Shown here: positions 1 to 12,555 of the stretch, piece after piece
How positions within the stretch are numbered: the stretch's first letter is position 1
Layout: every line of letters starts with the position of its first letter
Assembly: GCF_964204645.1 (NCBI RefSeq)
Contig: NC_134031.1
Location: 5,518,001-5,582,000, forward strand
DNA from: Tubulanus polymorphus
Taxonomy: Eukaryota > Animalia > Nemertea
Reading direction: 5' to 3'
Length of the DNA stretch: 64,000 nucleotides
Program-made: the position numbers and the translations under genes
Notes under the pieces: model-generated
What the model was told of the DNA's origin: nothing
The model's input: the letters and a program-made list of their open reading frames with translations, nothing else
Databases searched by the model: none

Positions 1-586
1 GCAAATAACCCGCAGCTACGTTTCGTTAAAAAAAAATCCGCCATTTATCAAATGACAACTTAAGAGAGAAGTTGACTGGAGGGAAAACGATATTCCTTGC
101 ATGGTTAGTAAACCGTGGCCGTATCGCGAAGCAATATAATAAATTGATTGTTAGGGCGGTAGGAATCTACCACAGGGGGTTTCGCATATACCTCGCTAAA
201 TATGGTGGTGATTACCACCAGGCTGGGCGGTGATAGGAAATCCATGGAAACTGGCTACGCTAACAATTCCGGTATATCCGAAATATTCTTTTTTCCAAAA
301 TATCCTAAATTTTCAATCATCCCTGATATAGGCCTTACTATCCGTTATTGGCCTTACTTGGCTGCATAGAATTGGTATCAAATCTAGATTCGATACGCAC
401 TAAAAATACTAGGGGGAGAGGGGCATACTTAAGTTTCAAAATAATTTGATTTAAAAAAATAAACATAGTATTAAAATCTTTGAGGTGTCGCAAAATTAGT
501 CATATTGCCGATAGGCATATCTAGATATCCATCAAGAACTACGCTATAGGAAATGATTTGTAATGAAATGATTTTAGGCCCAGCAG

Positions 587-1016
587 GGGCCAGTTGCACA
601 GTCGTGACTTAAGTCAAAAAGTGGTCTTAAATCTTAAGACTGATCTGAAGTTGTTAGATTGGCTATAGAACTAAGTTGGTCTTAGACTGGTTTTAACCCT
701 TTCAGTGCGTCTACACCGCAGTGCGGTGTATAAATCAGTGATGGATTTTGCTAGTACACCGCACTGCGGTGTATTGATGTAATTAGTAATTTGTAATTAT
801 CTCTATTGAAAAATGGCAGCAAGTGTCACACATAGTGAAATACTAGTAACTAATGATACACCGCACTGCGGTGTAGATCACTATAGTGGTATTCCCATTG
901 TTCAACACACTAGGGTGGAATTTTTTAGAATTTTCAAATTTTCTCCAGCACTATAGGGTATTAATTAGTCAGCACTGAAAGGGTTAAGTCTAAGCCATGA
1001 CTATGCAACCGGTCCC
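587..1016. mobile_element. Harbinger/PIF-like MITE (GGGCCAGTTGCACAGTC TIR) hosting the piggyBac-like MITE
   Basis: Ends GGGGCCAGTTGCACAGTCGTGACTTA / TAAGCCATGACTATGCAACCGGTCCCC; related shorter copies at ~1403-1527 and ~26059-26203. Confidence 0.65.
697..983. mobile_element. piggyBac-like MITE (~290 bp), nested in a Harbinger-like MITE
   Basis: TTAA TSD on both sides; TIR CCCTTTCAGTGC/GCACTGAAAGGG; internal palindromes TACACCGCA(C/G)TGCGGTGTA. Confidence 0.85.
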
Positions 1017-3898
1017 CTGCCGAACTGGTTAGTGAGAGCTGATGATGTGTTCCGATAACATCGGAATGTAGGACCTATAATATTTTATTTGGATTGCATC
1101 AACAAAATATTCTAATCAGAATACAAGTGGCTATTCTACGTACAGGGGCGGTTCCAGGGGTAAGTTCCGACGGTCTTACCAAATATTCTAGGGCAAATTA
1201 CGTCAGACTCTGCTCGAGTCGGATCTGATTTCAGATGTTTGTTGAAATATTTTTTGGGACACTGTTTACAAAATACATAAAAAATCCCAACTCAAATACC
1301 ACTCAAGTCGCATACATCTTTACGATCCCAAAAGGTTGGACTTTGGCAGAGTCTACTTTTAAGCCAGGCATTATGGCAGAACCCATTTGATACCTTTACC
1401 GTGTCCAGTTACTCAGTCATGACTTAGGTCCAATAGAGTTCTTAATTTCGAGATAATGACTAACTTTAAGTTGTTAGATTGGCTTAGACTGCTCTCAAAA
1501 CTAAGCCATGACTGTACAACTGGCCTCGGGATTTTTGACAAAATTTGTCCTTTTTTAGATTTCTGTCTAAATTCCTAGGCCTATGAAGGTTTTTGGAAAA
1601 AGTGCCTTTAAGAAATTACGATTCTCAAAATTATTGGGTCTTCTGGAATCTCATAAGACTCCTGGATCCGTCCCCTGTACAACACTAGACAACATTCAAG
1701 AAGATGTGAGGCTACTTACGTTAACCTCTTTTAATGGAATTCCTTTCATTTACGTGAGCTTTAAAAATATAAATTAAGTCAAAATACGATTTACTTATTC
1801 ATATCCTCATATCGAGAAATAGGTTTTTTTGAGGACCCTTATTGCCTTGGGTGCTCTGCGTCTAGGCCTTTATCATTACGATCTGCACCAAGACCCGTAG
1901 ACATACTGCGAGTCTGTTACAACGACCATCCATAACCACAGCCAAGACTACGTAGAGCTTTGAAACAAATTTAACGTTAGGCCTATTGTATTTGGTATTT
2001 TGAAGTTTTGACAACATAGGCCTACTTAAGTTTCGACATAGGCCTACCGGTACATTTGTTGGCATTATTATGGCATGAAAACAGACTGCACATCTGAAGT
2101 GTAATTGTGATATGGACTAAAGTCAATGATGATGCTCTATGCAATATAAAAGCACTCTGAAGGTTTCTTATTAAGATCGTATCATTTGAAGTTAATCACT
2201 TCATATTGACATTAAAAATCCTGGGCATCTTAATATTTGGATGCTTTGGTCGCATCGAATCACTCATTTAACTTGTTAGTTAGTAATTACAATTTTCATG
2301 ATTTTAGATGATTTAAGATACGGGTTAGAGCAACTATAGCTGAGTCTACAGTTATCGGTGAGCCTCAGCCACACACATTCACACACACACACAGTTTTAA
2401 TACATTGCAACAATTCCAAGTCGTAACATTCGTTCGATTTCATTCTTACCTTTAACTTCAATTGAACAGCATGAAATACGATATGACAACGAATCCTAAT
2501 TTCCAGGTACGTAGAGATGACATGCGACAAAAAGCGTCCAGGTCATCGGAGGAGAGATACAAGCAGCAGCGGCACTGCAGCTTCATTACGCTCCATCATT
2601 AAGTTCCATCAGCTACTGAATGGCGGCAGCACCTTCCGGGGCATATTTTACAATTTCATATGTAAATAGTGTATGTATATATTGACATAGAACTATTAGT
2701 TCTATGATATTGATAATAACTTTGTGGTTAAGACAAGTTTATATTTTCTGTTAATAGTAAATATTGTATACTTTGTATACCATGGAAATGGTTGGAGTGT
2801 AAATAAAATCCTAATCCTATTTTGTTGCGTTTCTATTCTTTAAATTCTTATCATTTTTTGTTTTGTAAATATTTGTATAGATATATGTAATACTTTTCCT
2901 CCATATACCATGGAAATGGTTGGAGTGTATATGAATTATAATCATAATCGCAATCACCAGCTAAACCTCGAATACGATTCTTTTTAAAAAAGACGAAACC
3001 TTTTATTAAGACAATTTCCAGCATTTTCCAGCTTAGATCAGGTATCAATCCAGATTTGGACGATACAAAACCCGTTCAAATACAACAATTTCAATTTTGC
3101 CCAAAAGATTCGTATTGACAAGGTCCACTGTATATTGAGTTTACAGAAGGCTTATAAGTGATACACTGTTTCTCCCAATCTACAAAAAACTACAATCATA
3201 TTTGTTATCAGTTCATTTCTATAGCTATGCCGGGTCAGTAATTGTTAGCTCAGTCATAATTTTAAAAAAAAGTAATGTACAGGTTAGATAGGCAGCTAGT
3301 CAGGTGAACTTATAAGCTGGGCTGAAATGAGAAACAAGGTACCGGATATCAATTTTTTTAGCCAAGGGGTTAACTACATAAAGAAGAGAAAGAGAAAATA
3401 GGTACAAAGAAAAGGTGAAAAAATGCATATGTATAAATTATCTTTATTCCCTGAATTCGAAGAGAGCATTAAAAAGCCAGATCAAGATCAATTGATCATA
3501 TGTATATATATATGATAACAAGCACACCTTATTTATACGTCATTCTTCAGATCTTTGCTATACAAAATTCAGCTGCTTTTTGCAAACAATTCTATTTCTC
3601 GTAGATTATTAAGATATTCTAATATCTGTAGTTCTACTATTATTATAATGACGAGTGATTGAAATATAGCTACGAATCACAGAACAATAATATCCCTTGA
3701 GCTCATGTAATGTCCAGAGTTAACTGGTCACTCTGGAGAAAGGAAAGCAAATCATTGAATCCCTTAAATGCTTAAGGTATCAGCATTTAAAAACAGGTTA
3801 AACAACGGTGAATCATATCAATGGCAATATGAATACAGTCACTAACAACTGCCATAACTAACAGTCTCTCAAATAAAATTCATTTCGATTACCGGTAT

Positions 3899-4064
3899 GG
3901 GATCATTCGTTTATTACGTACGCATAAAATTTGAATTTTTCAACCCCCCCTCCCCCTCTGTACGCAAAATCGGCCATTTTTTCATATACATTAAGCATTA
4001 CTGTACGCAATTGCACTGACCCCTCCCCCCTCCCTTGATGCGTACGTAATAAATGAATGACCCC
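3899..4064. mobile_element. MITE (Harbinger/ISL2EU-like TIR)
   Basis: Inverted ends GGGATCATTCGTTTATTACGTACGCA / TGCGTACGTAATAAATGAATGACCCC. Confidence 0.65.
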
Positions 4065-4192
4065 AATATTATCTTGTTAGCTGATTGTGATTCGAAACCT
4101 TGAAAGCCTTTCAATGCCCACAACGAAACCCTTTCAATGCCAACAGCACCAGAACCCGATTCCTTTCTTAGTCTGGTTGATGATTAAAACTA

Positions 4193-4367
4193 CAGTAGAA
4201 CCTCGTAATAACGAACTGGGATACAACGATACATCGGATATAACAAATATAGAATTTGGTCCCGAGTAAGAAAATTTGATTATTTTCATACTGGATATAA
4301 CAAACTATCGGTTATAACGAATATATATTCTGGTTCCATGAACTTTGCTGTTACGGGGTTCCACTGT
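4193..4367. mobile_element. Tc1/mariner-pogo type MITE
   Basis: TA|CAGTAGAACCTCGTAATAAC ... GTTACGGGGTTCCACTG|TA: TA TSD and CAGT termini. Related right ends at ~3131 and ~4955. Confidence 0.7.
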
Positions 4368-4985
4368 ATTGCAGATTGTCAAAATATGGTACACTTTTCA
4401 ATTGCTTGGACCTGCGGCACAGAAGACCTCAAGATTCAGTTTCTGGATAAGTAAAAACTTAATATGTTAAGACTGAATTGCCGTCGTGAAATTATCAATA
4501 GCAACTAAACCAGGGGCCTAGTTTCACAAAAAAATTTAACTGCTCAATTTAATGAGTTAATTTTCTTCCTTTTTGTGAACACTGGGCATTGAATCCCAGG
4601 TCAAGACCTGTGAGCGTCTTACCAAATAAAAAATAAAGGTAAATTAATAAGGGTCTGGTAGCACCTTTTTGATTCCTTTCCAGAATCTCGAACAATAATT
4701 GTCTTTGTCTTTACAGAAATTACCCTTTTTAGATTTTTTCGACAAAATTATGCCCTTTTCAGAATAAAGCCTTTAAATACAGGCGCAAACAAAATCCGCC
4801 CCGGATCTCCCTCATATAGGAAAGGGAAAAGTTGAAACTCGTTAATACGATTTCGTTTAAGATGAAACCGACTGATTTCCAGCATGTCCGAGCTAAGATA
4901 TTTATATCAATCCAGATTTGGATAATAAGAAGCCCGTTTAATGAGGTTCCACTGTAGGTACAAAAACCGATTATACCGTAAAAAT

Positions 4986-6565
4986 CTATTTATAGATAAA
5001 TATGATATCTTCGTCGGTGCCGTACTGCAGCCGCGCGTTATTCAGCGTCGAGTAACGACAAGCGCAGATACGCTTCGACATCGACGGATCGCGATAAAAC
5101 ACAAGCCCTTTCGACTTGTCGTAGCCGCATAAAACGATAAAATGTCCCTGATATGTTCCCGTGCAACGGTGGCATGATTTAATGCCGCATAATCCGCACG
5201 AGTGCGCGTCGCACCAAACGCAACTCATGTGCGACCAGTCGATGAGCAAAATCACGAGATCGCGCTGCGATAAATGGTCGACGATCTCCTTGATGCGTAC
5301 GGAGCGTTTGTCGACGCGCACGCCGCGCCGCGTCGCTCCGTTGAACAGCTCGGTGACGCGGCATTCGTCGACGGTGAACAGCTTCGTGTAGTAACGCTCT
5401 TTCGAATATCCAGGGTCGACGCCTAACGTTACCGTGTACATTTGACACTTGACGCCGTAGTGTTCGAGTATGTACGCCAGGTCGATCGTCCAGACGCTTT
5501 CTTTGAAGTCTAGATCGGCGCAAACGCGATCGAGATCGTTGAGCTTGCGCCCGAAGTAGCCGAGCACCATTTTTACGCAGGCGATACCGCAGTCCCAGTG
5601 ATACGACTGTTTCACGTGCGGAACCGTTTCGAGGATGACGCCGCCGTCCGTCTTTTTAGCCATAGGTGGCGTTGTCGTCGACCCCGCGTCGGAGAGCGAC
5701 TCGGGGTCAGCCTGCTCGGCTTCATCATCACCACCATCATCTAAAGACAATCCTGAAAATGGAATCGACAGTTGCTAAATTTAGAGGCGAAAGTTGAAAC
5801 CCTTTCAGGCATCTACACTGCAGGTAGATACCTGACGCCTTTGCAAGTACACCACATTGCAGTGTATCAATGTTAATAGTTAATTGTTTTTATCTCTATT
5901 GAAAGATGGCAGCAGTGAAACAGTGAATCATTAGAAAATAACTAACGATACACCGTACCGCGGGGTAGATACACCAGTATGCCGTTATTCAACACAGTTC
6001 TCCAGCACTTTCAGGTATTTATCAGTCAGCACTGAAAGGGTTAAGTTAAAAATTTCAAAATTTTTTCATTTTTAACACCTCCGAATTTCAGGTATGTAGC
6101 CTACTCCTGACAGCTGGAGGTATTGCATCATAAGCTCATAAGTCTAAGATACAAGATACAAGTCTAATGTCTACTTTATTATGCATTTGAAATATACAGA
6201 AGAATAGTATTAATTAGGATACCGTAGCCACTCTCCACATAAATTTTTATTGATTTTACCATTCCCCATATGGATAGTTCCACCACATCATCATCGCACA
6301 CAATCTTTTTTTTGTTGTTTTGACATTTTTAGGAGAAAACTGAATTAGGCAATTACATTCAGGGGCCAGTTGCTCAAAAGTTGGTTTAAGATAACCGGCC
6401 GTTAAATACCATAGTAACAATGAAATTTCAATTGTCACCAGGCATATCAACTAGTATCAATCCACTGGTTAACTAACCAACTTTTGAGCAACCGGCCCCT
6501 GATCTGATTGGCAGAGTTGCATTACCTTTAAATTGACCATTGAGGTCAGACTTCGAGGTGGTCAT
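4986..6565 (-). CDS. GUCD1: Guanylyl cyclase domain-containing protein 1 (peptidase C39-like fold); coding exons 6565-6526 and 5752-4986
   Basis: Motifs VPHVKQSYHWDCGIAC, SVWTIDLAYIL and YQGHFIVLCGYD...YRDPS...ARLQYGTDEDIIFI are typical of GUCD1. Exon MTTSKSDLNGQFKG ends at a G|GTAAT donor and joins TTTCAG|GA in frame. Confidence 0.9.
5800..6040. mobile_element. piggyBac-like MITE, degenerate copy
   Basis: CCCTTTCAGGC...GCACTGAAAGGG|TTAA, colinear with 697-983. Confidence 0.75.
6362..6498. mobile_element. Harbinger-like MITE
   Basis: TIR GGGCCAGTTGCTCAAAAGTTGGTT / AACCAACTTTTGAGCAACCGGCCC, flanked by CAG/CTG. Confidence 0.7.
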
Positions 6566-6599
6566 CCTCGTCTACTTTGTTCGTTTTTCATGCCATAAA

Positions 6600-6960
6600 A
6601 ATCTAGGAAAAAATGGTAATGATGACGAAATTAATTAATTAATAACTATCCAGATTTTTCCATTTTCGCAACGACCTTGAAAAAAGGAGACTCATCCACC
6701 ACCGTAAAGGTTGAAACTAAAACTAAAAAGGCAACTTGTATCAAACTTCGTTTCCTTCACAATAATACGAAAATTGAATTCGGGAGAAATTAAATGAATT
6801 AAATAAATTTTCTATCTATTTCCATATCTCGGGGTCGCCTTCTTTTGATTTACGACAATAAAATTACATTGATTTTATCAAGCTAAGTATTGCAAGTGAA
6901 CGTCCAAATCACCTGTCAAAAAGGGTTCATCAGTGTTTTTCTCAAGTTTTGTGATTTCAG
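6600..6960. promoter_or_regulatory. Short divergent promoter region between GUCD1 and the caspase
   Basis: The start codons are only 420 bp apart and each is preceded by a 5'UTR splice acceptor (6604 on -, 6960 on +), so both transcription starts should lie in or near this interval. Confidence 0.5.
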
Positions 6961-6984
6961 TCTCGCTAAAGTATTTTAAGCCTG

Positions 6985-9900
6985 ATGGAAGAAGGTCAAA
7001 GGAACGTATTAAGGAGGTTGAGACCTGAACTTGTGAATGACATTCAAAATCACGGGCGTTTATTCGATGTTTTGGAGTCTAAACGAGCACTCCCAAAATC
7101 TATCATCGATAAAATTAGAGTAAGTCCTGCTGAGGAGTAAGTCTAGCTAATGACTGATGATTATGTGTATTTGTCACAAAATTATCACATCTACTAGTAG
7201 AGTATATTTTACAAGTTCTCTAACAGTAGGCCCATCGCCTCGTTGAGGCCCAGTTTAGTTTCATTTTGAAGACACTTTCTTTCCCTCAACAATCATCTGC
7301 AATAATGGATGGGAGGGGCTTTTGTGCAACCCCTTAGGGAGCGTCTCAAAATTTCAAAAGTTGGTCAATTAGTATAACTGTCTAATTCGTTTTAATTAAA
7401 TTTTTTTTTGCCATATTAAAGTTTATTATCAAATGTACAAATACAAGAAGACAGTTTATACGCTAGCAAAACGTCGATCTGACATTTTGTGTCTTTTTAT
7501 CTGACATTATGACTGTCAAATCGAGGACAGTTTTTTTCTTACAGTCGTTATCCGATGAAAAAGAACAAATTCGACAAATGTTGGACCGTCTTCAGAAACG
7601 GCCGGTGTTCGACGCGTTCTACGACTGTCTAATCGAGAGCGATAACGCATCGATCGCCGATCTATTAAAACCCGAATTAGCGGAGGATAGGAAAAGTTGG
7701 GAATCGTTGAATAAACGCAAGACGAGTTACAGCGCGATCGTGCCCGGCGGTTCGGGTAACGGCGGCATCGGCGACGGACTTGCTGAAAGAGTTGTGAATA
7801 GGTCAGAGGTGCGCAGAGGCAGCGGCAGCGTTCAAACATATCAGCCCAGCGAAGATGTCGAAAACAGGAGCTTATCTGGAGGTACGAATTGATGAATTAT
7901 AAAAAGAAACAACTTCTGCTTTTCGAATGATTATTTCATATATGTATCCCCCTTATCAAACTGTGATTACTGCTACGTTGATTATTTCTTGCAATATCAT
8001 TAATGACAATTTTAAAGTGTGCATGTTGTGTGTTTTTTATATTTCTCTTCTCCTTGTTCACTTATGTTTTATTTTTTGAGGGACTCATTTTACTGTTTCT
8101 ACAGCCCCTCCAAGTCTAATTCGGTGTATTTTGTACTTAAAATCTGTGTGCATTATGCTGTAAATTATATTTGATATTTGAGCATTCAATACCAATAGCA
8201 ATGACTGATGCTCATTCTGGACCCAGTTTCAAGGTTAAATTTAACTCCTGAGATTAGAAAACCTCATTATTTCCCTGTTGATTCGACTGCAGAGTCAAAT
8301 ACATGTATGAGCTCAGTATTGTGGTACTAGGTCCCGGCTTATTAAAACTCTGTGGTCGACCATTTCTTGAAAGAGATGATGAGTGTGGTGGTTGATTTTA
8401 CTGGATTCCGGTGCCACTTTTGAATCGGCTCCCACATCTCTTTGCGCTGCTAACACATCTTGAATCGCTTGTGGTGGGTTGGCTCTAAACATAAAGTATT
8501 CCTTCAATTTGGTCGATGCTCCACAGCTCGGTTGCTTCTGTTTTGCGCGACTTTCCTTTAACCTGTTTGTTGTATAACCCGCTTTACAAAATTTAGCGAT
8601 AGGCTGATTGAATACTCATACCAAATTTCTGCCATAAATTAATGCGATATCAATGTGGGGTTATCTTGTTGATTTCATTTTGCAGATGGGCCGGACCCTG
8701 AATGGTCACCTGATAAAGTGGTAGTTTTCCCGACGGATTCTCAATACATCACAGAATTGTATAGAACCAGAAGTTCGAAGGTAGATCAGGTTTTGAATTC
8801 TAGTTTACATTTCAATTGTTTTTTCAGCCCATTCAGAATGTGACTCCCGGTGGGCTATTGCATTCACTTTTCATCCGTATGTAGACTGAATCTAGGAGGT
8901 ATTAACACGCTTAAATTAACATACGGTCCTGATTTTTGTATGTATCTACCTTTAGCCTCTGCATACATTCACCCGGGGGTGTTGAATGACACAGTATTTC
9001 AATGTAAGCTGTCCCCAAAAAAGTGTACCAAATACAAGCTGTCCCTAGTTTCATTAATAGTAATGTTTTATATGCAGTGAGTTTCAATATCGTTGGTTTC
9101 TGTATATGTTCTCCAGGGGGTGTTGAATATCAAAATTTTCAGATTGTTAAGCATTTTAGACTACTTTCCAAGTAGACATGGTGATCCTGGAACCCGAGTT
9201 TAACCCTATCAGTGCTTTAAAGTTATCAGTCGCCAAAGTGCTGGAGATAATTTGGAAATCAATAAAAAAATTCTAGGCTAGTGTATTGAATAATGGGCAT
9301 AATGCTTTTGTGCATCTACACCGCAGCGTGATGTATCGTTAGTTACTAATACTTCACTGTTTGACAGGTGCTGTCATCTTTCAAGAGATAAACCTAATTA
9401 CTAATGATATCAACACACTGGATGTGGTCTACTAGAACTCCATCACTGATTTATTCGCCGCACTGCAATGTACTGAAAGAGTTAGGATCTAAATTGCGAT
9501 TTTTATGGAATAACTACCCTATCATGTATTTCAGTGTTATAATATGCATACGCATCCTCGTGGCCGAGCGATAGTGGCGTATAACAACAAATTCCCAGCA
9601 GACATTTTGCGAGGCACGTTTCAACGTGAAAATGATTTGAAGGCCGTGGAAAGATTACTGGAAGGATTAGAATTCAATGTTACCTGGTGGCAAGACTGTT
9701 CTAAACAGGTATATTGCAGAGTTTCTTCTTTTGGACCTATGCCATTACAGTTTATAAGTTTTATTCATTCTTGTTACATCAGATTACGATAAGGTGACAA
9801 AATGAATTAAACTATCCAGAAAATATGGATTTACAGGGGTGGATCTAGGAGATTGGAAGACAGGAGTCTAGAAGAAAAGACTAAAGCATTTTTCAAATAA

Positions 9901-11680
9901 AGCAGGACGCAGGTCTATAAATGACTTAAACTTTTCTCCGACAGGATTTTCTGAACAAACTCGAAGCCGAGTCTAAGAATCCGGATAACGATAACCACGA
10001 CAGTTTTATGATGATAATGTTGACTCATGGCACCGACGCTGGTCTACTCATGGCTGATGGAGGTATCGTTACCGAGCTGGAAATTCTCGAGTATTTTTCG
10101 ACGTCGAAGTGCCGGTATTTACTTCAAAAACCGAAACTGTTCTTCATACAAGCATGTCGAGGGAGTAAGTAAATTGTATCAAAAGGTACATGAGACAAAA
10201 TAACTTCATTTGTAGATCTAAGACATCGACTAGGTCTATGAAGAGACAGCATTTGTTTAATATACAGAGGGGAAAGACCATTCAATGCTTTAAAAACCAA
10301 TAAATCTGCCTTGAACTCACTACGTTTGTGTATAGGTAGCCAGTGCAATTCAAAAAGATCTGGCGTTATGGAACTCCAGTAAATACTGTAGGAATTGTAA
10401 ATACTGTAGGAATTTTGCTGTTTTTTTTTCAGTAAAAGAAATTTGCTTTTTAGGTTCTGTTTATTCTAATCGTAGAACAAAAAGATGAAGGACGGATGGA
10501 TGCACAGCCGACACAGATGGGGCTGGGTGAACTGTTGAGTCGGGCACCAGTCGCTGAAATGGGTTCCAAGGATGATGCCGATGCTATCCCTACGACAGCG
10601 GGGAATTTTGCCGACATGTTGGTGTCTAATGCAACTTTTACAGGTAATTCTTAAGATATGGCTGCCTGGTTTTTAAGGTATCTTTCTGTACTTACGATTT
10701 TGCATAGACTTGAAGAGTAAAGTTGAACAGTAATATCTCGTAATACTTTTCTTGATCCCAAAATTTAAAGAATCTGTTGAAAATATTCGCCAAAAGTCGT
10801 AGGGCCATTTTCTTTCCATCGTAGATTCTTCCCTGTTCCTGTATAATAATTCAGTGTAATATGTAAGTGCACGCTAGTAAAACAGGGTTTTGCGCCATGG
10901 CTAAGTCGAGCGATGCCATCAGGTCCGAATCCCTGCCAAGGGAGCATGGTCTCAGTCTAGTTACATCATGTAATAAAACCGTATCGTACTTTTAAAGGTT
11001 ATAAAAGTTACGCGTATTCTCAACGGAAAAGTACGTGGTATGTACAGACGTTAACTGAAGTTTTCTCGAAGAAATCTTGCGAAGAAGACGTCGTCTCGAT
11101 GTTAACTATGGTAATCGTCATCCACAAAGTCCGTCATAACAGAGCTGCCAACTGTTTCTGATTTTCAGTATTTGAAAGATGTTACTGAGGGTCTTACTGT
11201 TGATTAGTGATTAATTTGAACATTTTCTTTCATATTTCTATGAAATGTTACTGAAAAAAATTCAATTTGTTACTGATAGCACTTTTCAGAGGTTGGCAGC
11301 TCTGTTTTAACGCCATCTTCTTTATTACCACTGCCATCATTTTTCGGAGAAATAATTTGTCCAATCTAACTCAAATTCAATGAAACTACCATTCTTTATA
11401 GCGCCAAGTTAATGATCGTGATAAATCATTTCCAGTGGTATTATAAAGGACTTTTACTGTATTCACCATTGGGCTGCTTTATAAATGCTCAGTTCCTCCG
11501 TTTTCCAATAATTTTCGTTATATATAATATATATATATATGTATATATATATATATGTATAAATTATTCTAGGTTCATGACCTAATTTCGAAAGTTCGAA
11601 CAAAAGGGGACGCCGTGCAAACGCCGAATATTAGTATGAATACGCTGACGAAAAAGGTCTACTTTTTTCCTGGATTATGA
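6985..11680 (+). CDS. Initiator-type caspase (N-terminal CARD-like domain + peptidase C14); exons 6985-7119, 7545-7881, 8686-8780, 9535-9708, 9945-10164, 10476-10643, 10998-11110, 11573-11680
   Basis: Manual splicing across GT-AG introns gives one open frame: CARD-like MEEGQRNVLRRLRPELVNDI...; YNMHTHPRGRAIVAYNNKF; MIMLTHG (catalytic His); KPKLFFIQACRG (catalytic Cys); ADMLVSNATFTGY; STWYVQTLTEVF; C-terminal TLTKKVYFFPGL*. Confidence 0.92.
9204..9481. mobile_element. piggyBac-like MITE, reverse orientation, degenerate
   Basis: TTAA|CCCTATCAGTGC start; internal homology to 697-983. Confidence 0.7.
10172..10372 (-). mobile_element. L2/Crack-clade LINE ORF2 C-terminal fragment in a caspase intron
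   Basis: Translates as ITPDLFELHWLPIHKRSEFKADLLVFKALNGLSPLYIKQML...PSRCLRS, matching the hallmark ITP..LHWLP..R..FK...KAL.G.P.Y...R.LRS motif. Confidence 0.8.
11140..11304. mobile_element. MITE with 13-bp TIR (hAT-like CAG ends)
   Basis: CAGAGCTGCCAAC ... GTTGGCAGCTCTG; no clear TSD. Confidence 0.55.
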
Positions 11681-12251
11681 ATCGAAGCCGGAACCAAACT
11701 ACCAGTATATGCATTGAAGCTCTTAGTAAAACCCGGACTTATACAGATTCTTTATTCAATAAAAATCTGTCTTTGCGGTTTCCGTTCAATAACTTCATAA
11801 AAACCCATGTTCTTTCGTAACGAAAAGTTGAATAATGATGTCGAGAAACATTTAATGAAAATAAATCAAATTTTTTTATATAAAAAATCATTTCATCTTT
11901 ATTTTACGATCTATTTCGGTTTCAACCCTTGTATGTACTTAAAATCATAGAAGTGTAAGTGAACACTAATATGTTAAAATACGCTGTAATGTCTAAGTAT
12001 AAAAACAACTTCTTTTTGATAGTTAAATCGCTAAGAAAACATTGTCGCTAAAATATTGAAACATCAGATAAATCAAAATCAGTACAGCCCATCCATTTGT
12101 TTATTGGTACATCTAATTTGCTCTATGCATTTTAAGCAGTATCTATTAGGGCCAAACTTGCTTATACAATTTGTCATAGTTGGGATGATCATCATGTTGA
12201 CGACTGGTTAGATTTTGAAGTGCAAATAGAGACTCAAAAGCAATGATTTAA

Positions 12252-12555
12252 CCCTTTCATTGCTGACTTTCAATACTTGAAGTGCTGGAGATAATTTGGT
12301 AATTCCACCCCAGTGTAATGTGTAGCAGGGAGTTTTTGGGTATCCTGATCTGAAAGAGCAGGCACACTGCTTTAGTTCGTATACACCATGGTGCGGTGTA
12401 TCGTTAGTTACTAATACTTTGCTATATTTTACAGGCCATCTTTCAATAGAGATAAAAATTGATAACGAATAACATAAATTCACCGTAGTGTGGTGTATCA
12501 GCAAAGTCCATCATCGATTTATACACCGTACTGCAGTGTAGAAGCACTGAAAGGG
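12252..12555. mobile_element. piggyBac-like MITE
   Basis: TTAA|CCCTTTCATTGC ... GCACTGAAAGGG|TTAA. Confidence 0.8.

Noticed and set aside
1035-1075. CTGATGA followed by a TTCCGAT/ATCGGAA hairpin
   Set aside because: Lacks the GAAA box; at best a decayed relic.
2530-2960. Possible coding exon (GC-rich patch)
   Set aside because: Frameshifted resemblance to a LINE ORF2 C-terminus (ERYK..SFI..QLLN) followed by a duplicated 3'UTR-like segment; too degenerate to call.
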